Assembly: GCA_951406725.2 (NCBI GenBank)
Contig: OX597815.1
Coordinates: 101,060,001 to 101,124,000 of the forward strand
Direction: 5' to 3'
DNA: 64,000 bases
Source of the DNA: Octopus vulgaris
Taxonomy: Eukaryota
Of the stretch, positions 13,565-26,179 are shown in pieces. The stretch's first letter is position 1. Every line of letters starts with the position of its first letter. Under the pieces are notes generated by a model. That model was not told the DNA's origin and ran no database searches. It saw nothing but the letters and a program-made list of their open reading frames with translations. The translations under genes and the position numbers were made by a program.

Positions 13565-13781
13565 GGTGCTTGCCCTTTGTCTGTAAATGAAAGTCAGAGA
13601 AAAAGTGGTGTTGTGAGACAAAGAGCAAATCCAGAAACATATTCTACATTCTGCACAGCAAGTAGACTTAGCAATCTCTCTTATAGACTAATTATTGCTG
13701 TCACAGAAAATCACCAATTTCCTTGGATTCCAGATGTTTTACCTTGCATTTATTCTATTGTATTCTGTTTACTTCTTTTAG

Positions 13782-13948
13782 AATGTTGGAAAAACTATAT
13801 GAAGACCAAGGAAACACATTAGCCCTTCAATACGGTGGCTCTCAGCTGGTACACAGAATCAAAGGTTACCGCAAAATTGCCACCTGGACATATAACTCTC
13901 GAGATTTGGTTCAGACGATATCTCGTTACTATAGCAATGCATTCTCTG
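13782..13948 (+). CDS. FIG4: FIG4 coding exon
   Basis: cttttag|...|gtaagt. [42 protein letters not shown]. Confidence 0.97.
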
Positions 13949-14587
13949 GTAAGTTACTGAGCCTGTGTCTTTGAGTGAAAGTAAAAAGATAAATGAAGGA
14001 AAACATCAGATTCCTCCTTACTATATGGTATAAAAATAAAGGTGAATGGGTCTCTGTCAGTTTCAATGATGAGAATTCAGTCAACTTAATTCCCTGCTCA
14101 TTGAATTAGCATGTAAGTGTCTGAGTATTCCACACACACATGTATATCCTTAACATTAGTTTCAGACAGAATCAACATGGCATTGCATTGTGTGTGAATT
14201 ATAAGCTCAGTTCATCTGGTGGCTTTCCACACAATATATATCTATCCTGTTTCATTCAAGAAGCTTGGGTCAGCTCAAGGTAATGATAAAAGATGCTTGC
14301 TGAAGATGATATACAATGGGATTAAACCTGAGATCTTGTGATTGCAAAGCAAAGTTTTTAATCTTCTGGTCATGCTGTGTTCACCTCATGATATACAAAC
14401 TTACCCAAATTCACATACTTTTGTATATAATTTTTGTTGTCACAAACCAGCAACATCTTCCTCTGAATCTGTTTCCTTTTTACCTGTTTCAATTATTAAA
14501 CTTATCTTGTTAATGAATTATCATTTGTCCTTCTTCAACAAATTCTTTTCTTGACTCTTATTATATACTGGTATTTCTTCTAACCAG

Positions 14588-14729
14588 ATGCTGAGAAGCA
14601 GCAATCAATTAATTTATTTCTTGGAGTTTATAGCCCAAACTCTAGAACACCAAATTTATGGGAGCTCTCAACTGACTACTATCTTCACAACCCTGACTGT
14701 TTTGGAAAGAAGTTACTCTCAAGAAAGAG
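14588..14729 (+). CDS. FIG4: FIG4 coding exon
   Basis: aaccag|...|gtataa, phase 1->2. [28 protein letters not shown]. Confidence 0.95.
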
Positions 14730-15935
14730 GTATAATGCTTAACTACATTTGTGTATGGTCTTATATACAAAAAAACAAAAAAAACAAAACAATTCCTGCT
14801 TACTCTGTTTTAACATAGCTTTCATCTTTATCATCACTTTGCATCTATTTTTTCCATTGGCTGGTTGATATTTGTTTTGCATTGTTTTTATGGTTGGATA
14901 CCCTTCCAATTGCCAACCTCTTTACAGTATGGGTTATCTGCATTTTATTGTGTTACCAACAGTAGAGAGATCATTTGTAACTGGTGTAAATGCCCCACCC
15001 CACCCCTTTACTCTGAATCAGTTTTTATGGAATCCATGTCTCCTCTGTATGAGCCCAAATGGGCAGAGCCATTTTGTATACTGACTTTGTTCAGTCTCCA
15101 ACATATTAGATGGGCCACCTTCCACTATGGTTGAAAATACATGTCTCCTGTACAGGAAGTAGGTTTAGTTTTGTAAATTTTAATATGAAATTTGCTGAAC
15201 AATACCCTAATAGTTCATTCTCTTTATCATACATGTATTCTTCTGCACACTTACATACACATAAACACTTCCTCACAGAACTATGCACAATTCTCATATT
15301 TTTAAGCTAAAAATAATAATAAAATGATGTGTTTTATTCACAAGTCTCCTTAATATCAACCATTTAACCTGAAAGCTGTGTAGCCAAATGTAAAACAACC
15401 TTTCTTTGCTTCCCTGAGCGTCTTTTAATACTTTGCATTTACCACCTCCTAGCATTGTTGTTTTCTTCTTGTGTTTTTTTCTTTATTTTATTTTGGATTA
15501 CCTAACCTATTACTTAGTTAAGTTCATTTCTTAAAGGTTTGGTTTTGAGTTGTACTCATACTCTGGTGTTGTGCCTGTAGCCTTCAAAGGTCCACTGAGG
15601 GTGGTGTGTCTTTAGCTTGAACATTTCTGAATAGTTGTCTGCAGGAAATATATTGGTGGGAAAGGAATTCTTGAAAGGTGATATAAGGAAAGAGGTTAGC
15701 ATGACACCATGAGGCACAATTAGAGACAAGGTTAGCACCATGAGACCTAGTCAGGGTGATAGAGGAGCTATCCAACTTGCTAGTTCAGAGGAGCAGAGGA
15801 CGATGTAGTTGTAGTGTTAGAACAAAGAGGGAGATGATGAACAAAGTCTGTGGGCCAAAGATCATAATATTAGTTTAACTATGTGTTTCCTTTTATATTA
15901 TAATTTACTAAATCTAACCTTTATCTTACTATCAG

Positions 15936-15994
15936 CTACTGTCAGTGGTGGGATCCCAATGTGCCATACTATCTGCCTTTACCACTAGATGAAG
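15936..15994 (+). CDS. FIG4: FIG4 coding exon
   Basis: tatcag|...|gtaagt, phase 2->1. SYCQWWDPNVPYYLPLPLDE. Confidence 0.93.
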
Positions 15995-16390
15995 GTAAGT
16001 CAGCACCTTGGAGAAATTCATTTTAAATTTTTGTTTTAGTTTTTGAAACCAAACAAATTCATTGAATAGTAACTTTACATTGTGAGATTATTTTTACTAT
16101 TTTTACATCAACTGTTTTTTTTATCATGCTGATGAAACTATTCTGTTTTTGTGTATAAGTAGTACTACATTATTCAATGTGTGCACAATAAGGTATTTAG
16201 CTGCTATTTCTAGCAAGTTGAATGACTATATCAAAGCTCTGTTGTTGACATGTAGGTAGTTGGTTGCATAACTTGATGCTATCTACATCCTTTAAGGCCC
16301 TCATGCTTCCCGAAATCCGTCGAAACTACACCTGATTATATATACACTTTAGATGAGTTGTAGTGCACCTGAGCACTGTACACAATTATT

Positions 16391-16422
<32 letters not shown>

Positions 16423-17282
16423 TATATAAGGTGTCTCTCCCTCTTTCTGTCTCTCTCTCTCACACACACACACACATATGTATGTAGGACAGATATGGCC
16501 ATGTGGTCGAGATGTTTGCTTCCCAACCATGTGGTTTCAGGTTCAGATCCATTGCATGGCACCTTGGGCAAGAGCCTTCTACTGACAACCTGGGCCAACC
16601 AAATGCTTGTGAGTGAATTTGGTAGATGAAAACTGTGTGGAAGCCCAGCATGTATATGTGTGTGTGTCCTCCTCCAACCATTTGACAACAGGTGTTAGTT
16701 TGTTTATATCCCTGCAACCTAGCAGTTCAGCTAAAGACACCGATAAAATATGCACCATCATCATCATCCTTTATCATCCGTTTTCCATGCTGGCATGGGT
16801 TGGATGGTTTGACTGGAGATGATAAGCCAGAGAGCTGCACCAGGCTCCTGTCTGTTTTGGCTTGGTTCCTATGGTTGGAAGCCCTTCCTAATGCCAACCA
16901 CTCCATAGAGTGTACTGGGTGTCTTTTATGTGTCACTTGCACAGGTGCCGTTAATGTGTCACTGGCATGGGTGCCTTATACGTGTTACTGGCACCGGTGC
17001 CTTTTGTGTGTCACCAGCATAAGTGCCTTTTGTGCCACCAGCACGAGTGCCTCTTACTTGTCACCGGCAAGTACTGGAGTTGATTTGTTTGACTAAACTC
17101 CTTTTAAGGCAGTGCTCCAGAATGGTCACAATTCAATGACTGAAATGCAAATAAAAGGAAAGATAATTCTGATTGCAGACCTTCAATCATGGGTTTTTGC
17201 CTGGTTAGAGAGGACCTGGAACAAAACAACTGCAACGTTGGCAACAACAGGCGTCACTTTGCAGGTTGAAACCCTCAAAACA

Positions 17283-17553
17283 GGAAACATTTTTTCACGC
17301 TGAGAGTTGCTGAAGCATGGAACAAACTGCCGGCATCAGTTGTTAGTTGTCGGAGCACTGCATCCTTCAAAACTTCCATGCTTTCTGAGATTCACCAACA
17401 CTACACCTGATTTTCTCCCCTCCATACACACACAAGCATGTATCTGACTCATACATTGTTCACTTTCCAGACATTTGTGCATTACTGCATATACTCTATA
17501 CGCACTTTTGACAAGTTGTGGTGCACCTGAGCACTATACAATAATTTCATTAT
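17283..17553 (+). mobile_element. CR1 LINE 3' fragment (same family)
   Basis: Reverse complement of the 3' end of 13016-13290. Confidence 0.9.
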
Positions 17554-18498
17554 TATATCCAGTGCTAAACACACATACACAAACATATCATCATAATTTT
17601 TATGTCTGCTTTTTCCATACTGGTATGGATTGGATGAGATTTCTTGGGTCAGTATTGTATGAGTTTTGCCACTGGAATTAGCACATAGAACCCAAGAGCT
17701 GGGACATAAACCAATATCACTGAACCCTAGTGGTGTCAATATGAGGCCATTTGAAGACTAACACACATGCACGTATATGTGTGTGTAGTATATATATATA
17801 TATATATTATAGATTGATGTATACTTTAGTACAGTTCATCATCATCGTTTAATGTCTTTTTTCCATGCTGGGTTTGACTGGGGTCTGGCAAGCCAGGAGG
17901 CTGTGCCAGGCTCCAAGCTGGATGCCCTTCCTAACACCAGCCACTCCGAGAGTGTAGTGGGTGCTTTTTATGTACCACTGGCACAGGAGCCAGATGGGCA
18001 AGGGGGCTGACAGTGACCACATTTGGATGGTGCTTTGTATGTACCACCGGAATTTCATTCTCAAGTTGTTGGGTCAGCTGAAGGTTATGTTAGAAGATAC
18101 TTGCCCAAGGTGAATTTGAACCTAAAACCATGTAGTAGTTGTAAAATGAATCTCTTCACTACACAAACATACCTGCATGCTACATCATATATATGTCAGA
18201 CTCTGTGCAGTTTCTGTTTACCAAATTTCATTCACAAAGTATTGGTTCACTTGAAGCTAAAGTAGAGACATTTGCTCAAAGCACCATGTTGTAAGGTTGA
18301 ACTTAGAACCATGTGGTTGTGAAACAAACTCCGTAATCATACAGCTATACCTATGTTGATGTCTTGTTAGTTTTAATTAAGCTAAGCCTCAGGCTTTGCC
18401 TAATTAACATTCATCTGGGAACTAAAATTCTTTCAGAGTTGGTACCATGAGTCAGCCAAGAGGAGCAATGCTCATCCATATACTTCTTTTTGTTACAG

Positions 18499-18643
18499 AG
18501 GAAAAAGGATTAAACGACCAATTACATGTTTCTGTGAACAGAAGAACAGATGAGTGTGTGGATGAATTTGCAGAACATTATCACCCTTATGAATTGACAT
18601 CATTGGAAGAGCTATTTGCTTTTACACTCACCCATTCCATAAG
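18499..18643 (+). CDS. FIG4: FIG4 coding exon
   Basis: ttacag|...|gtaagg, phase 1->2. ..VDEFAEHYHPYELTSLEELF. Confidence 0.92.
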
Positions 18644-19605
18644 GTAAGGAACAATTTTGTAGTGTAAGGTAGGTGAATGAACTTAGCAGTTTTTCATCAT
18701 TGTGCTTTTGATGTTGTTTTACTCCAGATCCACTCTGTCTAGCAGACTTATGATCAAAGATGTTCCCAGTCATGACCTTCCATCCTTTATTCAGATATCA
18801 TCCAATGTATCTTTCCTTGTTGTTTAATCCTTTTCCCACTTCACAAACTTGTTTATTTAGATCTAGCAGACCTGTTATCCTCAAAGACATTCCCAAACAT
18901 TACCATTTATCTTGTCTTTTATTCAGAGACATAGTGTTTCTAGGACTACTTTATCCATTAATAGTTGTTTTGTTAGAGCTTCAAAGTATATCAGCATCTT
19001 TTCATCATGATCTCTTTGATGAATTGCACCACTCCCACCATCATCACCACCTTAAATACCATGTAATCATCGCTGTCCCTTCCCCTCAAAACATCACCAC
19101 TAACATATCTTGCATTTGTTTCTGTCTTTTTGCATCCAGGCTGACTCTGCTTTTCACCATTACAAGATTGTGAAAATAATGTGTATAACTTTTGTTTGTA
19201 AGCTAAAACTTCATAAATTACAAATACTAGTTTCTGGTTCCTAATTCTTTTAGTGATTGTCAACATTAAACTAGCAGTTGTAACTTATGAAGTTTCAGCT
19301 TTAAATTAAAAAAAAACCCCCAAAACTATAAACTCTTGTTCTTAGAGTTATTACTTTTTGAAATCTAGTTTGTAAACATATGAGTTTACTTAAATGAATA
19401 TTATTATAGATAATGTTGTTTCATAAGAATTTAGAAACTTAAAAAAACAAATATTTACATACTATTATTTATAGCTTTATGAAATCTGAATTCCACTGTA
19501 GTCCATATGTGTGTGTATTTATTTAATAATTATATAATGATTTCACTTCCTGATGTCTAATTGTCTATGTGGTTGCTACAATTTCTTGTATTTCATTAAC
19601 TCAAG

Positions 19606-19686
19606 GAATGTGATGCCTAAACATGCCACAGATTACAGCCCATTTTCCATTCGTGTCAACCCAGAGCGACCAATTGATGACCAGAG
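19606..19686 (+). CDS. FIG4: FIG4 coding exon
   Basis: ctcaag|...|gtaagg, phase 2->2. RNVMPKHATDYSPFSIR (cf. RDFMPK..SPFTVR). Confidence 0.9.
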
Positions 19687-20967
19687 GTAAGGAATTTATT
19701 ATTTTTTTTTTCTGTAGGAAGCTTAATAAATAGAACAGTAGATGTGCACTATTGATATAACATGACTATCATTACATTGATGACGAATATTTTATAATTT
19801 ACTGAGGAAGTGACCCTTTTGCAGGGTCTCTGAGATTAAAAGGGGCAGTTTGTTTAAGAAGGAAACTATACAAAGATTGAGTAAGCCTGACACTGGATAT
19901 CTGGTATTAATGTTTCTGATAGAGTGGACCAAACTGAGGGCACACAAAGATCAGGTTGGTGGTATTAAATTGGACAACATACTAAGTCTACCACATGTAC
20001 TGGGTGCAGATCCTCTTATGGTCTTTTGCACACTATTCATGCAGTTGTGCTGCTAAGGCTTGGGTTGATCTGAGTCTATGGTAGAAGGCCGAAGATGCTG
20101 CATTGTGGGATCAAACTTAGAAATACATGACTGTAAAGCAAATATCTTAAGCATATGCCATGTCAGCGCTTGTGGTGATCATAATCACGATCATTATGAT
20201 AATGGTGATGATGATAACAATGATTTCCTGGCTTAACTTGAGTCAAGTCCTGGTGGAGTCATAACATATGGCATATCTTAGGCATCTAAATTTGATAGGA
20301 CCCATCCCTCTCTGAAAGAGACAGAAAGGGAGAGAAGAAGAAGAAGACTGTTTATCCTCAATCTGATTAAAACTGTATTTTTTTAAATGTAATATATCAT
20401 CATCATCGTCATCATCATCATCATTTAGCGTCTGCTTTCCATGCTAGCATGGGTTGGACGGGTTAACTGGGGTCTGTGAAGCTGGAAGGCTTCGTCAGGC
20501 CCAGTCAGTTCTGGCAGTGTTTCTACGGCTGGATGCCCTTCCTAACGTCATCATTTAATATCTGTTTTCCATACTGGCATGTGTTGGACGGTTTGACTGA
20601 GGTCTGGAAAGCCAGCACTGAACCAGGCTCCAATCTGATCTGGCAACATTTCTACAGCTGCATGCCCTAACTAATGCTGACCACTCCGAGAGTGTAGTGG
20701 GTGCTTTTTATGTGCGACTGGCACAGAAGCCAGTCAGGCAGCCTGGCAACTATCATGTTTGGATGGTTCTTTTTATGTCCCACAGTCAGAGGGTCCTGGG
20801 ATCGACCATGTTTGGAGGATGCATTTTACGTGCCACCGGAATGAGAGCCAGTCAGGGGAGGCACTTGCCACAGCTATGATTTTGGTTTTATTTGACTTAA
20901 AATGCAATATATGTTTCAATATAATAAAGATGACTGATGATGATGTGTTCTACTATTCTTTTTCCAG

Positions 20968-21208
20968 TCTTGAAGCATCAATAAGTAGCAAAAGTGAACC
21001 TGCAAATGCTTCCAATCTCATTGGAAGTGTGAGTGGAGGAGGAGGTAGCAGTGGAGGCAGTGAAGCAGGTAGTCGTGTTGGAGGAGGAGGAGGAGGTGAA
21101 GACAGTCTTAGTAGTAGTGAGAGTGATGAAGTGGATGGTGATGTTGACTTCTCTGATGATTCCAACTCTGATAATTCAACAATAGAAAACAAACAGATTT
21201 CTTTCAAG
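20968..21208 (+). CDS. FIG4: FIG4 coding exon, Gly/Ser/acidic low-complexity linker
   Basis: ttccag|...|gtaaac, phase 2->0. (GGA)n-encoded poly-Gly and SSSESDE acidic tract at the position of the FIG4 SSSSEDD linker. Confidence 0.88.
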
Positions 21209-21329
21209 GTAAACCATAGCTATTTCCTTCTTTGCTGCTTTTTATCTTTGATTCTTTCTCCTCTGATGAACTGCTGAAGTTTTATACTGTTGTTTCTTGG
21301 AAGAATGGAGTGTATGGTAGGGAGATTCA

Positions 21330-21716
21330 GGATATCTTTATCTTTTACTTGTTTCAGTCATTAGACTGTGGCCATGCTGGAGCACCACCTTGAAGACACC
21401 CAGTACTTACATTTTTTTAAAGCCTGGTACTTAGCTATTGGTTTCTTTTGCTGAACTGCTAGATTATGGGGGCATAAACACACCAACACCGGTTGTCAAG
21501 CAGTGGTGGGGGACAAACACAGACACAAAGACAAACACACACACACACATATATATATGACGGGCTTCTTTCACTTTCTGTCTACCAAATCCGCTCACAA
21601 GGCTTTGGTTGGCTCAAGACTATAGTAGAAGACACTTACTCAAGGTGTCATGCAGTGGGACTGAACCTGGAACCATGTGGTTGGGAGGTAAGCTTCTTAC
21701 CATACAGCTATGCCTG
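21330..21716 (-). mobile_element. tRNA-derived SINE (related to 59951-60334; another copy 16486-16750)
   Basis: A/B-box-like head, CACCTTG.GCAAG core and GACTGAAACAAGTAAAAGA tail. Confidence 0.75.
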
Positions 21717-22278
21717 CACCTAGTGAATTATTTTTTTTAAATAGCTTCATCAGAGGGAAAAAGGCAGTGCCCTTTATGGCTGATGGGAGATGTTATCAGA
21801 CTGGATTCGTAACCCATAAGCTCTTCCGTGCTGTTCCCATTTATGAAATTATTCTCACAGGACTTTGGTTGATCAGAAGATATGGTAGGAGACACTTGTT
21901 CAGGTTGCTATACTGTGAGATCAAAATCTGAGTCTCCATATTTGGTAGATGGAAACTGAAAGGATGATCTTGTCATCATTGTAACATCTATTTTGCCATG
22001 CTTGCATAAAGTTTCCGAACAAGAAACCTTGTTGTGAGACAAATTTCTTCATCATAGAATCATGTCCCCACACACACACACATGTATATATAATTACAGC
22101 AGTAATCTAAATATATAAGTAATCACGATAGTAATAATAATTATGAATTATCTCATTGGTATGTCATTAAATATTATATTTTTCTTTCTTGTGTTTTTAT
22201 TTTCACTTTTAGTCTTCAGTTGAATATTTCTTCAATTACTTCTGACTTCATTTTAATAGCTTAGCCAGAGAAAGATTC

Positions 22279-22670
22279 AGATCTTTTCGGTTTGAACGGC
22301 TGTTTTTAACATAATTTCTAGATAACTAAAAAATTTTAAACTTCGTATACTGGTAGAATGTGTTTATAAAACATCTTTTTCTCTTGGCTTTATTGAGAAA
22401 ATCTTATAGTTTGTAAGATATTTGTTGTATTTTTTCTTCAATTTCAACCAATCAGTGACGTCCATTGAGGTAATAAACATTCTGTGCTGTATGAATATGT
22501 CCCTCGTTTAAGAAACAGATTGGGTTTATTTACATTTGTGAAGAAAAAAAGATACCCTTCCCCCCACCCCTAACCCTAAACAGATTGAAATGCAATAGAT
22601 CGATACTAGGGTCATAATTATGGGTGACAATTTCATATGACACCGCTAGAAAAAACTGCCGAAAAGATCC
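22279..22670. mobile_element. non-autonomous DNA transposon with 8-bp TSD
   Basis: TIR GATCTTTTCGG / CCGAAAAGATC. TSD AAAGATTC at 22271-22278 and 22671-22678. Internal CCCTAACCCTAA. Confidence 0.8.
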
Positions 22671-22842
22671 AAAGATTCTCTTTAGGGCTTCCATTGCAGA
22701 CAGGATAAAGGGAATCACTTATCCTTATACTGAAGACTTGACCTCAATGCTTTCCATGTAATTAAATTTGATAAAGTGAGTGATGGATTAAAACTCCTTG
22801 TGTTATCTTCTAATATAGTTTTCTTGGATGTTTTCTTTTTAG

Positions 22843-22922
22843 GATGTTTTCCCAACTACAAAGCAGGTTTATGATTTTAACATCAACCAGCCTTCAAAAC
22901 AAGGATTGTGTATCTATGAAAG
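22843..22922 (+). CDS. FIG4: FIG4 coding exon
   Basis: tttttag|...|gtatgt, phase 0->2. DVFPTTKQVYDFNINQPSKQGLCIYE. Confidence 0.88.
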
Positions 22923-23060
22923 GTATGTAAAAACTGCATCTATAGACAACTTTGACTGCATCCAGAGAAAGGCCACTTGACCAGTTGGAATTCAGTCACT
23001 AATAGATATGCTCTAGCATGCTGTCTCTTCTGATTTTTTTCTCTTGCTACTATAATTGGC

Positions 23061-24166
23061 TGTCACAGTTCTAGGATAGCACTCTTCACCCTATGAGATG
23101 ACATCTGGTGTACCACAGGGATCTGTTCTTGGCCCCCTTTTATTTGTTGCATATGTTAATGACATAGATGCCAACTTAAAGAATGCCACAGTGATGAAAT
23201 ATGCAGATGACATCAAGCTGTACCTTGAAATAAAGAGGTCAGATCCTGTACACTATAGATCTCTATTGCAATCGGATCTGGACACAATGCAGCAGTAGAT
23301 CATGGACTGGCAACTCAAGCTGGCTGTGTACAAATGTACCACTATGCATTTTGGGAGGAAAAACCCAGCATCTACTTACTCCCTCCACAACACTAATATC
23401 AAAAAGTCTTTGTGTGAACGTGACTGGGGTGTTATTATCGACAGCGATTTGCGTTGGACAAAACACTTCACTAAAATTGCCAAGAAGGCTGAGGGTGTCT
23501 TGGCATCACTCACCAAGTCCTTTGTGAGCTGCTCTCCAGCTATCTATCTGTGACTTTATATAGCTATGGTACGACCTTACCTGGAATTTGCATCACCGGT
23601 CTGGAATCCCTATCTTGCCCAGGATATTAATCGTCTGGAAGCCGTTCAGCGACATGCAACCAAGAGAATACCCTTCATCAGGCATCTGCCATATTCTGAA
23701 CGCCTTACTTCCCTGGGCATGGACACATTGAAACTCCGACGTCTGGCAGCTGACTTGGCAGACATCCATAAAATTATTAACCTTCTTACAAACAATAACT
23801 TTGAGCACCTTTTCAAACTCCACCTGTCTAACACCCGTGGACATGTTTACAAAGTCAGAAAACAGAACAGCTCCCATGACTTTCGGAAACATTCTTTCAC
23901 TCTAAGAGTTGCTGAAGCATAGAACAGACTGCCGGCATCAGTTGTCAGTTGTCGGAGCACTGCATCCTTCAAAACTTCCATGCTTCCTGAGATTTGCCAA
24001 CACTACAGCTGATATTCTCCCCTCCATACACACGTAAGCATGTATCTGACTCATACACTGTTCGCTTTCCAGACATTTGTACATTACTGCATATACTTTA
24101 TATGCACTTTTGACAAGTTGTGGTACACCTGAGCACTGTATACAATAATTTCATTATTATTATTAT
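23061..24166 (+). mobile_element. CR1 LINE 3' ~1.1 kb fragment with stops (same family)
   Basis: GVPQGSVLGPLLF, YADDIKLY, FASPVWNP and an (ATT)n tail. Confidence 0.95.
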
Positions 24167-24434
24167 AATGACCTCTGTTTCTTGGAATTGGCTGGTCTTA
24201 TACCCTTACCACTGGGTTCTATTCAACTTTCAACTCATAGTGTTTCCATCCCCATGACCCCACACTGACCATTATTACCAGTCCTTTCTTCCCTTGAAAT
24301 ATTTGGTCACTAGTCTTGGAGGGTCTACAGAATTCATGGGTAATATGTGTTCTTCCAAACACAAAGAAAACAGAAACTGAAATTGGTTGAAATTTTATGG
24401 TTTTTCTTTACTTGGACCTTTCTTTTCTAAATAG

Positions 24435-24512
24435 GTATGCCCAGTTTGGAGATAGCTGGTATAAACCACCATCAATTCAAGACAAAAATACTAGAAAGAT
24501 AACTGATCAATT
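24435..24512 (+). CDS. FIG4: FIG4 coding exon
   Basis: aaatag|...|gtaagt, phase 2->2. RYAQFGDSWYKPP. Confidence 0.85.
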
Positions 24513-25891
24513 GTAAGTAGTATCCCTTATTTCTTACTATCTTTTTATCTTTTCCCTTTTCCTATTACCATCATCATTATTTTACACTCTTTAGTCCATG
24601 TTTGAAAGGTCTTCTCCAGCATCTCTCTCCACTTGCTGCAATCATTTGCCATCTCCTCCTTGGGATTGATCATCCGGAGACCAATTTTTCTATATCTTTT
24701 GCAAGCTCCTTTCAATCTATTTCTCTTGTTTGTAATGTTTATTATTCCTGCACATCACCTACAAAGTTTGCTTTTTCTGTTAACCTTCTTGTGGTTCTAC
24801 TGTGCCTCTTGTATGTCCACAGCTTTCACTAGGTATACCAATATGGAATTTCTGCTATCACCTTTTCTGAATATTGAATAAGGCCATTTCACTGAAGGGA
24901 GTAAAGCCCTGTTTTCTTACTAGAACTTTGCTAGGCCCTTTGATTCCAGATTTTGCTCCCACAAATGGAATTTGTTTTCTAATTCTTCTACAAATTCCTT
25001 TATATGAATGAGGTAATTAACATATGGTTCCCAAGGGCTACTGGTTTTAAGTTACTCTGTGTTATGGTGAGCTATGATAAATGGGAGGGGACTGAAAACT
25101 GATTTCAGGTGAACTCCTTGCATACTAAATTTGTTTCTAACCCTCATGTTACTGGCAACACCACTTTACATGGTTTGTATGACTCACACAAATCATTTGC
25201 CTAGTCTTATCTTGCTCAGAGACCTCTGGATCACTGAATCGGAGTCCTTGTCAAAGTTTTCTCCTGTAAAATAGCTTGCTTTTAGCTAAATACTTCTCCT
25301 GCAGTTGTCTTACTAGATAGAGTGCATCAGTAGTACTCTCTGGCACAAAACCAAATTGAATCTTATTTAGACTAATTGTCTGCATAATTAATTGAACTGT
25401 AACTTTTATGTCCTGGTCCAGTAATTTGAGACATCTGTAATTATTTCTGTCTAAGGCAGCTCCTTTACTCGTCTAACAGTTGACTCTAATGCTGTCACAC
25501 CAATCATTGTGTATGGCACCTTCCTGTACTACCTGATGTGTAACTACAGTAAATCCTGATGGACTGGAAGCTTTCCCTTTATATCTTTAATTGCTTTATC
25601 TGTTATACTTCTGTCAGCTAGGATAGCTGGTCTCTCTGTTGGGAAGAACTTGTTCTCCCATGCTTTCTCCACATTTATTAACCTTTCGTAGTCGAATTTC
25701 TGTGTTACTTTCTTTTCAGAATCGTTAGGTGCAAGTGTACAACCATTTTAGATAACAAACGATTTTAAAACGTAATAAATTGAAAAAAAAAAAAAACCTT
25801 TCAGAAGTGAATATAACAATGTATCTACTTTCCAAATGTTTTTATTATTCAACCGTATTGTATAACTGTTAGCTCATTTGTTTATTTTCAG

Positions 25892-26069
25892 ATGGGAAAT
25901 GAGTGCCTTCAAGTTGGATAGTGTTTACCAGGTGGAGTTACCTCCCGTGAATAAAGTGTCTGACCAAATTTACACATCTTACGTGCTTTGCGGTAAACAC
26001 GGCCCTGGTCCACCAAAGGCAAAAGACATGGACACTTACAGGAGATATTTATATTGTAAATATCGATAA
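25892..26069 (+). CDS. FIG4: FIG4 last coding exon
   Basis: ttttcag| acceptor. SAFKLDSVYQVELPPVNK..DMDTYRRYL..TAA matches the FIG4 C-terminus pattern SAFS.D.IYEV.PP.V. Confidence 0.93.
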
Positions 26070-26173
26070 AAAATACCCCGGTCGAACCATGCTAAATACC
26101 AATAACATATAGGCAAAAACAAAATCATTAAAAATGTTTTGCTCTATTTATCTAAATTTTTACGTAAAATGCC

Positions 26174-26179
26174 AATAAA
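26174..26179 (+). terminator. probable FIG4 polyadenylation signal
   Basis: AATAAA about 105 nt after the stop, followed by T/GT-rich sequence. Confidence 0.55.
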
